Source: Octopus vulgaris | Taxonomy: Eukaryota | NCBI GenBank assembly: GCA_951406725.2 | Contig: OX597819.1 | Span: 118,916,001 to 118,980,000, forward strand | Direction of reading: 5' to 3' | Length of the DNA stretch: 64,000 nt | Part shown: positions 14,356-29,871 of the stretch, piece after piece | Position numbering within the stretch: the first letter of the stretch is position 1 | Layout of the letters: each line of letters opens with the position of its first letter | Translations under genes and position numbers: made by a program | Notes under the pieces: generated by a model | Database searches by the model: none | Told to the model about the DNA's origin: nothing | What the model saw: only the letters and a program-made list of their open reading frames with translations

Positions 14356-14530
14356 GTATACATATACGACAGGCTTCTTTCAGTTTCCGTCTACCAAATC
14401 CACTCACAAGACATTGGTCGGCCCGGGGCTATAGCAGAAGACACTTGTACAAGATACCACGCAGTGGGACTGAACCCGGAACCATGTGGTTAGTTAGCAA
14501 GCTACGTACCACACAGCCACTCCTGCCCCT
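14122..14530 (-). mobile_element. SINE family A
   Basis: reverse-complement match to the 12944 copy. Confidence 0.92.
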
Positions 14531-15674
14531 ATATATATATGATTGTTACCAATTAATAAATAGATATAATCCAATGTTTACATGCTGATGTTTGTCGAGT
14601 GTTTATCCTCTCAATTTTCTTATTTGCCTCATATATATATATGTGTGTGTGTTTGTGGTGTGTGTGTGTATGTGTGTGTCTGCGTATACGTACGTATGCA
14701 TATTCACGAATAAAGAAATAGGGATATGAAGTATTTTGAAACTGACTACGATCCTTCGGAGGATACGGTATGAATGAATATGCATATGAGTGGCTGCGTT
14801 TGTAGGTGAAGATACTCGGTTCCTTCTATAATATAGATAACCACGTGTCTGGTAATTGCAGGACAAATTATTTTTACTGTAGTTATCCGAAATGCTTGAC
14901 ATGTATGATCTATCTCTCAATTATACTTAATATTTTGTTTCACGTTTCATCACATTTTGCACCAAATCTTTTTGATCAAATACATGGAAGTATTCTTAAA
15001 TCGCACGTCGATAAGTCATAGGGATTTTTATCTGCCTCCATTCGAACCCCTATTTATATGTACCACATTTAATCGATCTTTCTTAACGAATTTAATGTCA
15101 CAATTTTCCTCTTTATGCCGCAAACACATCAAAGGAAACACGAATAAAACAAATATTGATAATATAGATTACAAGACGTTTTGGAATTACAGTTTTCTAT
15201 GAAAGAAGAATTTTGAATGCCGTACCTTTTATTTACCTCTTTCAAATCCTCCCTTTTTGGAGATTTAAAATATTTGTTGATGACTACCAGCAACATTTAC
15301 CTTATTTACAGCTTTTTATTCCTTTCCACGAATTACCATCACTGCTCAGATTTAATTCAATAATATGACGATTCGAAATACGCGACTACCTATCATTCAC
15401 TCTCTCCAGGAGGTCGGATGTGTTAGGTTTTATCACGACTAAACTTTTTTTATAAGAATTTCTTTTTATGGTTTCCCCTTTGCAGCAAGCCATAAATATA
15501 TAACTATCATTTTAGAAAGAGGTTAGAGTCCTATGATGTTACCTTTTATTTATTTATTATTATTTGGGGGTGGGGCTTTATTTGAGCAAGATATGTGTAC
15601 CAGAATATTTTCAGGAATTTTACACCATATAATATATACGAGAAAATACAAAAAGACACAGGCGCGCTCGCACG

Positions 15675-15935
<261 letters not shown>

Positions 15936-16013
15936 GGAAGTTGGAAGTGAGAATTATTTGACAACATAACAAGGAATTCATGGTTTAGGACAAATGTAGG
16001 TGTAATTTAATAT

Positions 16014-16112
16014 CAGGCGACATCGTCTCCAGCTAGCTATACGACACGATCTGTGACCTTATATCTTCGAACATGGACATATCGTATAGCCAGCTGCAAA
16101 CGACGTCTCCTG
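16014..16112. mobile_element. short MITE-like inverted repeat
   Basis: CAGGCGACATCGTCTCCAGCTAGCTATACGA pairs imperfectly with TCGTATAGCCAGCTGCAAACGACGTCTCCTG. Confidence 0.6.
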
Positions 16113-17564
16113 CGACTAAATTACAATAACATTTGTCCTAAACCAAGACTGCCATGTTATGTTGGCAAATAATCTTTACTCCAAAGTACTGTTGCTGAAT
16201 AGCTCTCGTTGTGAGATTTACAAATAACATTTGTTTAAAGATAGAAGTGAGTATACATATACTTATGTGTGTATGGAGTATTTGTGTGTTCTTATGAATT
16301 GGGAGAGAGAAAGTGGCGGGGAGAAACAACATGGAGACGCCATTGTCCTCTCTGAATGAATATATTTCAGCTATGCACAAATGCAATTACTTCTTGTTTT
16401 GTTATTTAAAGTTCATGTATTATGAGGCATTTTACTGAACTTTACATTCCTGCGACTGCGTGAACAAATTCAGAAAAGATTGTGAAGGCCATAATTTCTT
16501 GAAAGATTAATTGTGGCTCGCGTAGGTTCTGGTAATCATTGTTAAATTTCGCGACGAATAAATATTACCTGAATTCTTAACAGCTATGATTTCTTTATCT
16601 GAATAAGGACATATAGAATCTGAAAGAATATCAATGTTTAAAATATAGATACCGGAAAGATCTTTGCGGTCATAGAATAGAAAACTGGAAACTACCGATA
16701 ATTCACAGAGAAATTCGGAAAGTCTTTAGATAAGTAAAAATGAAACGTTGTTCAAAGAGGTGCGGTTCCTGCAGAAGCCATATTATATGTGCAATATATT
16801 TGGAGTATATTGTATAAATGATAAATTAATAGCGACTAAATTTTCGATAGTGAAGTGGGATATGTGCATATAGTTCTGTTAGCGTTTATACGTTTTACCA
16901 ACACCTTTGATTTACAGTGCATATTTCAAACACGGCATTTAAGTTTTTAACTACAAAAATACATACTGTTCTTTTTCAATTTATACTTCGAAAGCTGGCC
17001 TACAAATACGTTCTTTATTAATATATTTCCATGAAGCATGTTGCAAGATTCAAGTGATAAACTCAAGCAATTTTTATTTTTTAAGACTGGCACTCGTTTT
17101 ATAGATCTAGGTTTGGTGTATTACAATGTCACAAGAATATAAGATAAGCACACTTAAATAATATTTGAGAAGGCTGTAATGTGATATACAGAACGAGGGA
17201 GAAATTCAAGCGCAAAGCTAAACGTGCACACATACACAGGTCTGTTTGTATAAACTTACATACATTCAACTTAATTGTGTGGCATATTCATATATACATT
17301 GTAAATTAATTTAGCGATGATGGAAGGATATGAACACTATTTACAATAGTATATAATAATGTAGAATAGGAATATATCGATGAATTACATAGTAAATACA
17401 TATATCTTGTTCACAATAGCATTTACATATATCTAAATAAATATGTGGAAATATATATATATATATATAAAGAGACAGAGAGAGATGTATGTATACATAT
17501 ATATGTATACACATATACACACACATATATATATATATACATACATGCATATACACACATATTG

Positions 17565-18097
17565 TCTTTTCCTTCTCGAGCCACGCCTGGCTCATAGGGC
17601 CGGTTTCCCGGTTTCCTTGGCGTATAGATTCCCCACCTGGACAGGTCACCCCTCCGTCGCAAGTGAGCTGCAAGATGCAGGTGACTGAAAAGATTGAGAG
17701 AAAGTTGTGGCGAAAGAGTCATCAGAAGTTCGCCATACCTTCTGCCGGTGTCACGTGGAGCTTAGGTGTTTCGCTCATAAACACACATATCCCCCGGTCT
17801 GAGATTCGAACCCGCGATCCTTCGATCATGAATCTCCTGCTCTAACCTATTTCCTTATTACCCACAAGGGGCTAAACACAGAGCGGACAAACAAGGACAG
17901 AGATAGGTATTAAGTCGATTACATCGACCCCAGTGCGTAGCTGGTACTTAATTTATCGACCCCGAAACGATGAAAGGCAAAGTCGACCTCGGCGGAATTT
18001 GAACTCACAACGTAACGCAGACGAAATACTGCTAAGCATTTCGCCCGGCGTGCTAACGTTTCTGCCAGCTCTAACCATTAGGCCATGTGCCTCCACA
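17565..18097 (-). mobile_element. SINE family C (tRNA head), interrupted by a family B SINE
   Basis: minus strand reads TGGCCTAATGGTTAGAGC (A box) ... GGTTCGAATC (B box); tail GAAACCGGGAAACCGGCCCTATGAGCC; related copy at 46230-46500. Confidence 0.85.
17848..18068 (-). mobile_element. SINE family B
   Basis: reverse-complement match to 44234-44470; flanked by the direct repeat GCTCTAACC. Confidence 0.92.
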
Positions 18098-19448
18098 TAC
18101 ACATCCATATATACATATATATGCATGTATGGATATGTGTGCGTCTGTATATGTGTGCATGCGCGTATATACGAAGAGATGCATGAGGGAAAATGGATTG
18201 AACAACATACTTTATTCGCTATTACATATCACTGGAATTATTTCCCCACAAACGACATCCGTAGCACATTGGTTTGTTGATATACTTAACATACTACTTA
18301 ATCTCTACTATAAATCATGGGTGTATAATGTGGTTCTTCCTGTGATGACGTTGAGTGCCCTTCGTTAGATCAGACAGTCAGCTCATTCTATTCAACAATG
18401 AACATTCAAAGAACTTAGCCTTTTCAGCAATTTGCAGAGAAATCTAAATCCATGATTAAAATGACAGACCAAGCGAAACCAGAAACAAAATACAAAATAC
18501 AAAATACAAAAATAAAGAAATAAAGACAAAAGAAATAAACAAGTCTCGCTAAATGTAAAATGCAATTCTGTCTTCATGGGTAGATTCTTGGGAAGAGAAA
18601 GAAAGTCAAAAGAAAGTACGACACAAAAGGTTTAGAGATAATAATGGGATAAATTGATAAGGAATGAGTATTTCCTGTGCTTGTCACGATCTACTAGAAC
18701 TTTACCTAAACCAGAGTATATCACCATATAAGGTTAATCTGTGAATGTCTAACTTCAATGTACTCTTAGAAGTCATTTAGAAAAAAAGTAGTAGGTAAAC
18801 TCTCCCTCACATACATATTCTTTCATATACCCACATACAAGGTAGTGTATATAGTTTTATATATAGACACATATATATCTTTTTATGTACGCACGGATAC
18901 ATATTTCTTACTTCCATTCTTAACATTATGATATTTATATTAATATGTTGAATTTATATCAATTTGTCGAATTCTATGATTATGGCCAACGGAAATGCAC
19001 TAGAATTTTGAGATATAAGATTTTTCATATTGCTCTAGATTTTTTAATAATATAACAATACTTATCTATCCCACTATATCTCCAGTTACCTAATAAACAG
19101 TATGGAAGTTCAATAATATAAATATACATGTTTTTCCTCTCTGTCTCCTACATCAATAATACATATTAATATTTCGCTCCAAATGCTGCAGCGCATGGAT
19201 ATATACATCTGCATTTACATAATGGAAAGTAGAAAAGATTCAGTAGAAATAAAGAGAAATAAATACAATGTAACAAAATAAGCAGATTGCACCACTAGAG
19301 TTTTCAATATGATTTATTTTTTACCAAACAGCAAAATTGAACAGTTTACCTCGTTGTTGCATCTAGTAACTATCTTGGAGTGCCTATTCACAAATTTATC
19401 CATACAGTATGCAGCATAATATGCTTAACTGTTGCTCATATTATATAT

Positions 19449-19593
19449 AGGCGCAAGAGTGGCTGTCTGGTAAGCAACGTACTTACCGACCACATGTTTC
19501 TGGTTTCAGTCCCACTACGTGCAACCGTGGGCAATTATTTACTACTATAGCCTCGAGTCGACCAAAGCTTTGTGAGTGGATTTAGTAGACGGT

Positions 19594-19639
<46 letters not shown>

Positions 19640-19870
19640 TGTGTGTGTGTGTGTATGTGTGTGTGTCTGTGTTTGTACCGTTAACATTGCTTGACAACCG
19701 ATCCTGGTGTGTTTACATCCCTGTAAATTATCGCTTCGGCAAAAGTAACCGATAGAATAAGTACTAGGCTTACAAAGAATAAGTCCTGGGGTCGACTTCC
19801 TCGACTAAAGGCGGTGCTCCAGTATGGCTGCAGTCAAATGACTGAAACAATTAAAAGATAAGACAAAATA
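19449..19870 (+). mobile_element. SINE family A
   Basis: full head-to-tail match to the other copies. Confidence 0.92.
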
Positions 19871-20509
19871 AAAGTGGACTTCGACTGCATTTGACGTCGG
19901 AGAGTAAAGAGTGATAAGCAATCCTAATTAAAACATCGTTCTGGAAGTTCATTTCTTTCACAAATTGCCACAAGGGAATCGGTTTTAAATATCACCCACT
20001 ATATAACTGATATTGAAGATGTTAAATATATCAAATGGATTATTTAACACCAATATGTTTTGTGTTACATGTATTTTAAAATTTAACGGTAGATAACTTC
20101 CTCCCAGAAAAGTTCCTTATAAAACACACAAACAAGTAATTTAGTCAGGATTAAGATGAGGACCTTTTTCTACAAATTAACGTATGCTTGGTATTAGCAT
20201 AAATAGCGTAAAGCAAAAATTTGGCTGGGAAATTTTCCATGGCTTGTCCCAATGTACCCATATTTGGTGGCCACCCCATGACTAGATAGCAACTTCATAT
20301 TACTAAGTTGCTGTTTACTCTTTGGCCCATTCACTATTTTCTAGTTCTAGTGTATTTCATATTTTCGTGTTTCATAAATTTTTATTGCACTCAGTGTTTT
20401 TATCACAAGTGATGAAAAAGAAAATTATTACTACTGTTATCATTAATTCCATTGCTAACGTTATGTTGTTTGTAACACTTCTTATCTTGTTTATAACACT
20501 TCTTTTTCT

Positions 20510-20695
<186 letters not shown>

Positions 20696-21429
20696 GATTA
20701 CCAGTACGGTTTTTAATTTTGTTGAATTTGCTGCTAATAATGTTATGAATATTTAGGAGTTTCTGTTGTACTGTTTATTATTATTACAATTATGTTTGCT
20801 TTCACCGCTGCGTTTCGTCAATTAAATTACTTCCTCGAATGATCTACACTATTTTTATTAATGGTGTAACATTTACACTCTCTGTGTTTGAGTTTGAAAT
20901 GTTAGATAACTTGCAATTATATCGAAACAATGTGTTATAAGAAAATGCACTTAGTATAAACGGTTTGTTCCCGTAGGCATACTAGCGTGTCGCATATTAT
21001 CACCATCATATTCATGCCCCACGTATATGGTACAGCTCTATTCGTTTCTTAACAGTGAATGGTATAAGATGTACAACGACCATTAATAAATGTCTACTTT
21101 GTACTCCAAGATTATCATTATATGCATACGAAAAAATGTAGACGATCCAAATCGTCATTCTCTTCTGGCCTTTCAGCATGTGAATTTACTGTGTATGATG
21201 CATTATAGAATGGGGGAAAGTTATGAGATCATCAACACAACCCACAAACCGATACACAGAAAGACTTACACACACACACACACACAAACAAATATACATA
21301 TATATAGAAGGATCGCTGTCCGTATATTGGCGTGTAAATATTTATTATATCTGTCATATATAAATGCATACCCACATTCACATGCATATATATATACAAA
21401 CATAAGTATATGCATGCATACATAATCAT

Positions 21430-21476
21430 ATATGAATTTATATATGTGTATGTGTGTATATATATGTATATATTTG

Positions 21477-21507
<31 letters not shown>

Positions 21508-21553
21508 GTATATGTATATATATATGTATGTATATTTATATGTATATAAACTA

Positions 21554-21617
<64 letters not shown>

Positions 21618-21721
21618 TATATTTAAGTATATGTATATATAGAGATGTATGTGTTCGTATATATATAAGAAAAATATGAGGAAGTAGAAGGAGGAGAAGA
21701 GGAGAAGAAGAAGAAGAAGAA

Positions 21722-21752
<31 letters not shown>

Positions 21753-21761
21753 AAGAAGAAG

Positions 21762-21790
<29 letters not shown>
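21430..21790. repeat. (TA)/(TCTA) and (GAA)n microsatellites
   Basis: directly visible. Confidence 0.95.
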
Positions 21791-21794
<4 letters not shown>

Positions 21795-22124
21795 CATCAT
21801 CTCTACTACAGGCGATTAAAATTAGCTGTCAAAACGTACTCCTTTTCGGTTACCATTTCTTCAATTACACACATACTTACACACACATAGACATATATAG
21901 ATGCATTTATTGAGAAGTTCAAACAAGAATGAAAGTAACAACTTAGCTGCCTGTTGCTGATTTTCTCATGATATTCCGTTCTATGTAAATATTCAATATT
22001 AATATTATTTGTTAGAGACACAGGCACTCGTATATTCGTACATGGTTAAACACAAGCAGTCTCTTTCTGGAAAAAAAATATATAAGTGAATGCGTATGTT
22101 AGTATGGTATATACATAAGGAAGA

Positions 22125-22200
22125 CTATTTAGCAGTATTTCGTCTAAGCTCGACTTCCGCCGATGTCGACTTTGCCTTCCATTGTTTTGTTATCGGTACA
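22125..22200 (+). mobile_element. old fragment of a family B-like SINE
   Basis: TTAGCAGTATTTCGTCT...TTCCGCCGATGTCGACTTTGCCTTCCAT. Confidence 0.55.
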
Positions 22201-23100
22201 ATGGCGTCCATGCACTTGACTGCCCTAAAATGTTGGCCTTTTACCCGTAGTAAAGATGCCATTTCTTCTTATTATTGTTATTATTATCACTATCATTATC
22301 ATCCTCATTCGCATCATCACCAGTCGCAGCAGCAGCAGCAGTAGTGTTAGTAGCAGTAGTAGTTGTAGTTTTAAAAAAGTATCTACATTGTATTTTATAT
22401 TCAGTGAAAGTATGACTCCAAACCAATTTTTGAACTGCACATTGAATTGTTTTTGTTTAAAGAAATTAAATAACAAACATGAAACTAAAGCGACTACACT
22501 TCTAAAATTAGTGACGCATTACTGCACGTAATTCTATTATACCAAGAACGTAATCTTTGAATTACAAATTTGGCTGCGAGTTTTCATTTAGTGTAGTGTA
22601 ACTCTCAATCAAGGCAATGAATCAGAAACGTTTCTTTCAATCGCAGTGTATTCAATGAAAAATATCTCATTCAGTTTTCAATCAAACAAGGAATGTAATG
22701 AATAACAGGAAACCATGCAAGATCGGAAAAGGCGTTTACCCTTTTAACATATTTACATGTTGTTCTGTCAGAGATTTTCATTTCAGTTTCGAATTTAGCC
22801 TAGCCATTTAAAAAAATTTAAGGGAATGCAAGTACACACACACACACACACATGCGCACACACACATACACACATACACACACACATACACACACACACA
22901 TATACATATATATGAGGGTGTACGCATAAGTATATACATATATTCGCATATGCTGATACATGTCCATATAAGCACATAGATTTATACGCATACTCACAGA
23001 CGTCTATAAACACCAGTAAATGCAAAACACTATAAAAGGCATATATAAGTATAAACGAAATGCGTGTATTAATATATATATATATATCTATCTATCTATA

Positions 23101-23135
<35 letters not shown>

Positions 23136-23189
23136 ATATATCTATATGCATATATAGATATATAGATAGATAGATAGATAGATATATAC

Positions 23190-24682
23190 GTTTCTTTATT
23201 AACCACACAGGGCTGCACACAGACGGGACAGATTACGAAGTAGAGCTTTTCTTTATGGGGAGAAAAACAGTGAAGTAGGTTTTTGATCAAATGGGATCGT
23301 AAAAGGGAAAGAAAAAAAAAACGATCAATAGGAATCGTGTATCACAGTAATGTCATGATGTATTGTGTAAAGGGGGAATCAGATAGGGTTTATCCGTGGA
23401 AAGAAAAGCCTACGGAAAAGACCACGCTAACCTCGGTCAATAATGTTAAATGTTAACACATTTGTTTGCAAGTTTGAAGGTGGTTTTGTCATTCATACGT
23501 GCCATCCTTGCTACATTCACCAATATTTCTTTTGAAACATTCGCTAGACAAAACTTGCTTCTCTACTCTCACTTTCCTTTTCAAGTGATACTTGAAGAAG
23601 TTGATGAGAGATTGACCAGAGAGGAAATTATTTGTCTCCAATCCTTTCAGACGCGTCCACCTGCTATATTCTTTCGCCATAGCCACAAGAATGATGAAAA
23701 TAGCTCTTCCTTCCCGTTTGACGGAAGGAGGCGTTACAATATTGACGATAGACTCGGCTGATAAAGCGACTCGTCCCACTCGTAATAGCAGTCGCTCGAG
23801 AAAAGCCTGCATATCGAAAATTGTTGGACACTGCACGAATGCGTGCAGAGTGGTTTTGTCGCTCTGACCACATCTCGAGCCGTGTCTGTAGAGCTTGTCC
23901 CGAACGGGTAGCGCTTCTCGGTAGCACTGCTAGCCCAGGGATCTCTGGAAGTTGTCCATGGGCCCTGGCCCGATAGGCGTCCTGAACAGCCGGGTCAGGT
24001 ATTCCTCGTCGACGTCCAGGTTTGCCCCTGGCTCGTCGTCGTACCTCCCCTCCACTAATCCCCTATGGAATGCTTTGGTTGTGTTGAAGTCACTCAAGGC
24101 CGACCTGGGACGGCATAGTTGCTTGAGAGCAACGCGACACTCACAGTGCCATTCACCCTTCCTCGGCTACTTTTTGATCCACGTCTGCAGTTCGGTCATG
24201 GAGACGAGTTGCGGGAAAGCGTGCCTCACAAACGTCGACCATACCTGATGTCGCAGTCTCAGCGCATGTCCGTGCATCATCAACCACGGCATGCACAGTC
24301 CTTCTTTCAACGGGTGTTGACAGCAAATGGATCACCTGACCATCTGGACGCATCCTTTCCACAAGAAGCGGAAAAGAATGCGTTCTAGTTTGGTGATGGT
24401 AGGTTCGGGACAAGGCACGACGATTAGGCGGTAGTAGATGACGGACGCAATGAAGGTATTCCCCACCTCCGCCCGAACTTTTAGGGCCAGTTTCCTCTCG
24501 GCCTATTGCCGGGCGAGAGTAACCACCCTACTCGTTATATCGTCCCAGGTTTTTCTCCATTTGAAGGTCCGAACAAAACCAGAACCCGAGCAACTCGACC
24601 GGACCGTCGGTCCAGCGTCCCACTTCTCCAGGTGCCGAGCCGCAAGCCCACTGATTTTCCAGCTTGATTTTCGCTCCTAAAC
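23190..24682 (-). mobile_element. Tx1/L1-like LINE ORF2 3' portion, 5'-truncated and decayed
   Basis: GC-rich block; minus-strand reading gives LGFWFCSDLQMEKTWD..SRVVTLARQ*AERKLALKVRAEVGNTFIASVIYYRL, then YREALPVRDKL and RCGQSDKTTLHAFVQCP (C-terminal zinc knuckle), ending at AATAAAGAAA. Confidence 0.8.
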
Positions 24683-24691
24683 AGATTGAAA

Positions 24692-24841
24692 GGGCTATGT
24701 GGCAAGAAGCTTGCTAACCAACCATATGGTTCCGGGTTCGGTCCCACTTCAGGATATTTTGGGCAAGTGTCTTCTACTAAAGGTCAGGTCGACAAAAGCC
24801 TTGTGGGTGGATCTGGTAGACGGAAACTGAGAGGAGACCCT

Positions 24842-24928
<87 letters not shown>

Positions 24929-25215
24929 TTGTTTATGTGTGTGTATGTGTGTGTGTTTGTGTGTGTTTGTGTGTGTGTGAGTGTGTTTGTGTGTATGTGT
25001 ATATGTATCTGTGTGTATGTGTTTGATGGTCACCATCACTCGACAAACGATATTGGTGTATTTGCGTCGCAAAAAATATAGTTTTCTGAAATAGAGTCGA
25101 TAGATTAAGTACTATGCTAACAAAGAGGAAGTTCTGAGCTCGATCTTTTCGACTAAAGGGGCTGCTCCAGTATGGACGCAGTCAAGTGAGTGAAGCAGGT
25201 AAAACGAAGAAAAAA
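24692..25215 (+). mobile_element. SINE family A (diverged, expanded internal microsatellite)
   Basis: head GGCTATGTGGCAAGAAGCTTGCTAACCAACC, body GGTAGACGGAAACTGA, tail GCTCCAGTATGG. Confidence 0.88.
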
Positions 25216-25291
25216 TATATATACATACCTAGATAATTATATATAATCATATGCATACGCATGCATACACACACATACATATAATGTATAA

Positions 25292-25346
<55 letters not shown>

Positions 25347-25438
25347 CGTGTTTTATATATTTTGGTATGCATGAATGTTTGTACGTATATTCGTACGCGA
25401 GTTTGCTTATAGAAATATATGCATGAGACTAAACAAGG

Positions 25439-25517
<79 letters not shown>

Positions 25518-25808
25518 TTATATATTAACACACACACACACATATATATGTATATATAATTAAAATCCTAGGGTAGCAAGAATATTCATCGAATAATTCT
25601 TATTTCTCTAGTGACAAAGAAAAATTAGTCAATAGACTATACATTATTCAGAGAAGAATACAGTGTACGTTCAAACACAAGAGATACCCGAATTAAGGTA
25701 AAAGTTTTAACTTTTCAATCACTTTCAGTATTACAACAATTGGTGGCTTAGAGTTTTAACTCCTCTTTCTAGCAAGTCAGATATTCCATTCTTCCTGTAT
25801 CTCTTAAA

Positions 25809-25850
<42 letters not shown>

Positions 25851-25878
25851 ATATATAGTATATTTACACACACACACG

Positions 25879-25925
<47 letters not shown>

Positions 25926-26692
25926 ATGTATGTATGTAAGTATTTATGTATTTATGTATATATGTATACACAAGGCTTTCTGCTTTGAATCAGGATTACA
26001 CAGCCTTTAGCAGTATGATCTAAGATGATATTACCAACAACACGCTTACAAAGATTTAAGTATAACATTTACGAGTGAATTGAAGATGATTATTAAATAA
26101 TCACTTGATTCTAAGATCCTTAATAGATTTTTTTTCCTCTGGACAGCTTTCAATAAATTGAAGTGTTCATTAAATGCAATAGCAGAAAATACACTTAGTG
26201 AAATATATTTTAAAACATTTCATTCGGAATTACAATTGTTTGACTGCCTAAAGTTCACGATTAATTGATTGAAGAAACCATTATCTTACATTTCTATTCT
26301 ACTCCCAGAGTGTTATTTTTGTTTTCGTTCTTGTAAGTGTGTGACTAAAGTGCATGTGGCTTTAAAATGGAGAAAATGGCAGCGATAAGAAATAGGAAAA
26401 TTTTATACACACAAATTAACATAGTACACTTTGATAATTGAATCTTACTTAAAATGTTATGTAATGTCGGAAAAATTCAATTGTAAATTGTAGAGAATTT
26501 AAAGTAAATTGCATTGAATTGTTACATGTACCCATTAGTAACACAGTGATACATTTTCAGGTTTGCTATAATCTTTGTAAATGCAGCATACTCAAATATT
26601 ACCACACGCAAAAATGAAATATATTGGAATATAGATATACACATGCAAATACGAAAGACTACAAAAGTTTTAGGTTCTATGAAAATGTTTTC

Positions 26693-26910
26693 TAATGGCG
26701 CTGAGTTGGTAGAAAATTGTTAGCAGAGGGCGAAAATCCTTAGCGGCATTTTTTCCGTCTTAAACCAAAAAGATGAAATTATGCAATGATCATTTTATGA
26801 ATTTTATGCTACCGAAGTCTATATACTAAATACCAATTCAATACTGAGGTCGATTTAATTCACCAGTCCCTCCACCGGAATTGCTAATCTTTTGCCACAA
26901 TTTGAAAACC
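26693..26910 (+). mobile_element. old family B-related SINE with a different tail
   Basis: GGCGCTGAGTTGGTAGAAAATTGTTAGCA..GGGCGAAAATCCTTAGCGGCATTT and ACTGAGGTCGATTTAAT. Confidence 0.55.
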
Positions 26911-27094
26911 AGTATGCTATAGAGTTTGTGTGTTATATTCCTGTCATATAAATATTTATATAAATCGGTGCAACTATGCAGGAATACATGCATACCACAC
27001 ATGAGCACACACAAGCGCATACTTATTGATTATACACATATATATATATGTATATATATTTGTATATATATATAGAGAGAGAGAGAGAGAGGCA

Positions 27095-27365
27095 CGCGCA
27101 CCTTGATTTTGGGATCACCACTACTTTATTATCTCCCATTTTCTTTAGCTGTCCTGTGTGACCCATCTGTCCGGCATCCGACATGATAGATTGCTAGCCA
27201 CTACACATTCTGTATTTTCTCACCTTGTTTCTTTTATGTGTTCTATTCAGTGGAAGAGAGTAGGCTCGAAACGTTAAAAACTTTTTCAGTTGCCGGACAT
27301 TATAGTAATACATCTGTTTGTTGTCATCGTCTTTTCTTTTTATTTTTGTGAATTCTCCCCACTAT
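27095..27365 (+). mobile_element. Penelope-like pseudo-LTR remnant with degenerate hammerhead
   Basis: GAAGAGAGTAGGCTCGAAACGTTAA at about 27254-27278 resembles the motif at 40394-40422; flanked by (TA)/(GA) repeats. Confidence 0.45.
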
Positions 27366-27377
27366 ATATATATAAAA

Positions 27378-27655
27378 TTTTGCATGTTTCAGCTATTCAA
27401 CCGCGATCATGCTGGGGCACCGCTTTAAATTTTTGGTCGAATGAAGCAACCTCAGTACTTATTTTTAATGTCTGGTACATATTTCATCGGTCCATTTTAC
27501 GGAACCACTAGGTTAAGGGGACGCAAAAATGCCAACGACAGTTGTCAAGTGGTGGGGTGGACAGACACAGACACGAGCACACACACATATTTATACGAAC
27601 ATATGCAAAGGACTTTTTTCAGTTTCCGTCTAGCAGTTACACTCACAAGATTTGT
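27378..27655 (-). mobile_element. old SINE family A, partial
   Basis: CATGCTGGGGCACCGC, GTTGTCAAG, TTTCAGTTTCCGTCTA..CACTCACAAG. Confidence 0.75.
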
Positions 27656-29807
27656 ACTAAATAGCAGAGGTAAAAGATACCGACCGCCACCAGAAAACCG
27701 ACATGCTAGAAATAACAGGTAAACGACATTGTTTCCTAAGAAATGTGCTCGCATTCAAAAAGGGTCAATGAGAAACTCTGGGAGTTTGTTGCTTTTTAGC
27801 AATAGCGATGGCATGAGTGGATGTTTGGAAAGAGACTTTAGGTTTCTTTAAGAAAAAAGTAGAACATTCTTAAAGATTCGTACTTCTTTTATTTCTATGG
27901 GTCACCAAGAAAAAGTAAAAAATGAAGTAATTGTGGTGAGGAGGGAGAAAATTAAAATATTAGGAACGTATTTATTTCGCGGAAATCATAATCGCTTTAA
28001 TCTTCTTATAACTTCACTAATTTTTTGCAACAGGATTTTTCTGTATATATGTATAGGTGGTACTGGGATGTTTTTGTTGACAAATCCAGAATTTTTTCGC
28101 TATTGTTTTAATAATTTAAGTGCTCGGTTTGAGCAAATGCAGAACACGAGAATTTTAATGGAAATAAAGTTATATAAACGTACATTCAGTAACTTCTTCC
28201 ACGGCCGTTTGCTAGGTGATTGCGTTTTATTGGTTAATTTTCAATTATCATAAACCAATGAACATATTCTGTTTGACGTGTCGAAGTGGACGAGGAAGCT
28301 AATGCGTGTACCATTTTTATGCGTGTCCGTGCTTGTTCTTGTGTGTGTGAGTGTGTGTGCGTGAGATTGTTCTATGTTTATGTATTTGTGCATGTGGAAG
28401 AAGCTACTGGTTGTACGTGTGCGTATGCGCGTGCGAATGTGCTCCGTTTTTATGTATTTATGGGTGTGGAATATAGATATATCAAAAACAGTATCGCATT
28501 TTAGGCTTGAGAAAATCTGCTTCATTTATGTATGTAATATCCCTAAATTTCCAAGAATAAAACGAGATCAACCTCGAAAAAGCCGTAATAGTTATAGTAG
28601 TCCATGTGTATTTCTTTTTAACCACCAAACAGGCGAAATGCTGCAACCGGCATTAAAGAGCCAAACCATTGCAATATTGTAACATGAATGGAGAAACGGA
28701 AGAAATGTAAATTTACACATAGTATTGATAAAAGGAAATGCGAAAGAACTATAAATTACGTTGATTTCTATGAATTTTAAAGCTAAATTAAACAAAATAT
28801 GTGCGACTACACAAGAACACGCAGGCTCACACACACAAGCACAAGCATGCACACACATACTCAATGGTCCCACACACATGCACATGCACGCACACACATA
28901 TACACACACTCACATACACAAGAACAAGCACGCATACTGAGACATACACCCATTAGCTGACACTCATTATGAGAAATACATTATATAATATATTACAAGC
29001 ATCGTCTTAAAAAGTACGAAACTAGAATTGAGAAAATACCCACACTGAAAAGGGTAACAAACCTTCTTATATGTGTACTATATGCTTACATACTGTGGCA
29101 TCATTTTATCACAAGAAATTTGTTTAGTTCATCAAAATTAAATTATATTAAAAATTAAGTAGATTATATTACTGTATACTCAATTTTAACAGAAAAATTG
29201 TGCAAAAATACTAATGTAATCTTTACGCAACAATTCAATCTATGAATGGTAACTTTTATAAATTTACAAGTAATTAATCAAAAATAATTTAGTAATAATT
29301 TGTTTAATTCGCATAAATATTTCATTAATATGTGTAGCATAATGCGAATTATCTTTGCTTATAATTATTTCGGTTTCGCACTTCATCATCAATCCAGTTT
29401 TTTTTAATTGATTATCATGGTAATTTGCATCCAGTGTGAAATATGTTTTTTTATATAATTTGGCATGAAGAATATTATAATGTATTTACGTTTTTCCACG
29501 TTAATGATCACATTTTGTACATTTTCAAATGTTTATATTCAAAACATGGTTTAATAAATATCGTGAAATCGTAATGCACATATGAGTCTCTTTTCATTTT
29601 AAGATGGCACACAATGTACAACATATGGCTATTCTAATACTTTTGAACAACAATGCTAGTCTCCTACTTTCTAAAGTTTATTATAATATTCCGTAAAACA
29701 TTTGAGTGTGCGCATTTTACAATTCTATCATATTGATCTGTTTAACATGTACATGCCCATATTTCGTTCTATATCCTCTCAAGTTTGAATATCTTGAGCA
29801 CAAGAAA

Positions 29808-29871
<64 letters not shown>

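Noticed and set aside
12898-14588. Recurrent ORFs ending ASFSFRLPNPLTR (also 42464, 58425)
   Set aside because: Antisense translations of SINE family A
17780-18097. tRNA-like A and B boxes in SINE heads as true tRNA genes
   Set aside because: No complete cloverleaf or terminator is evident and each continues into a SINE body
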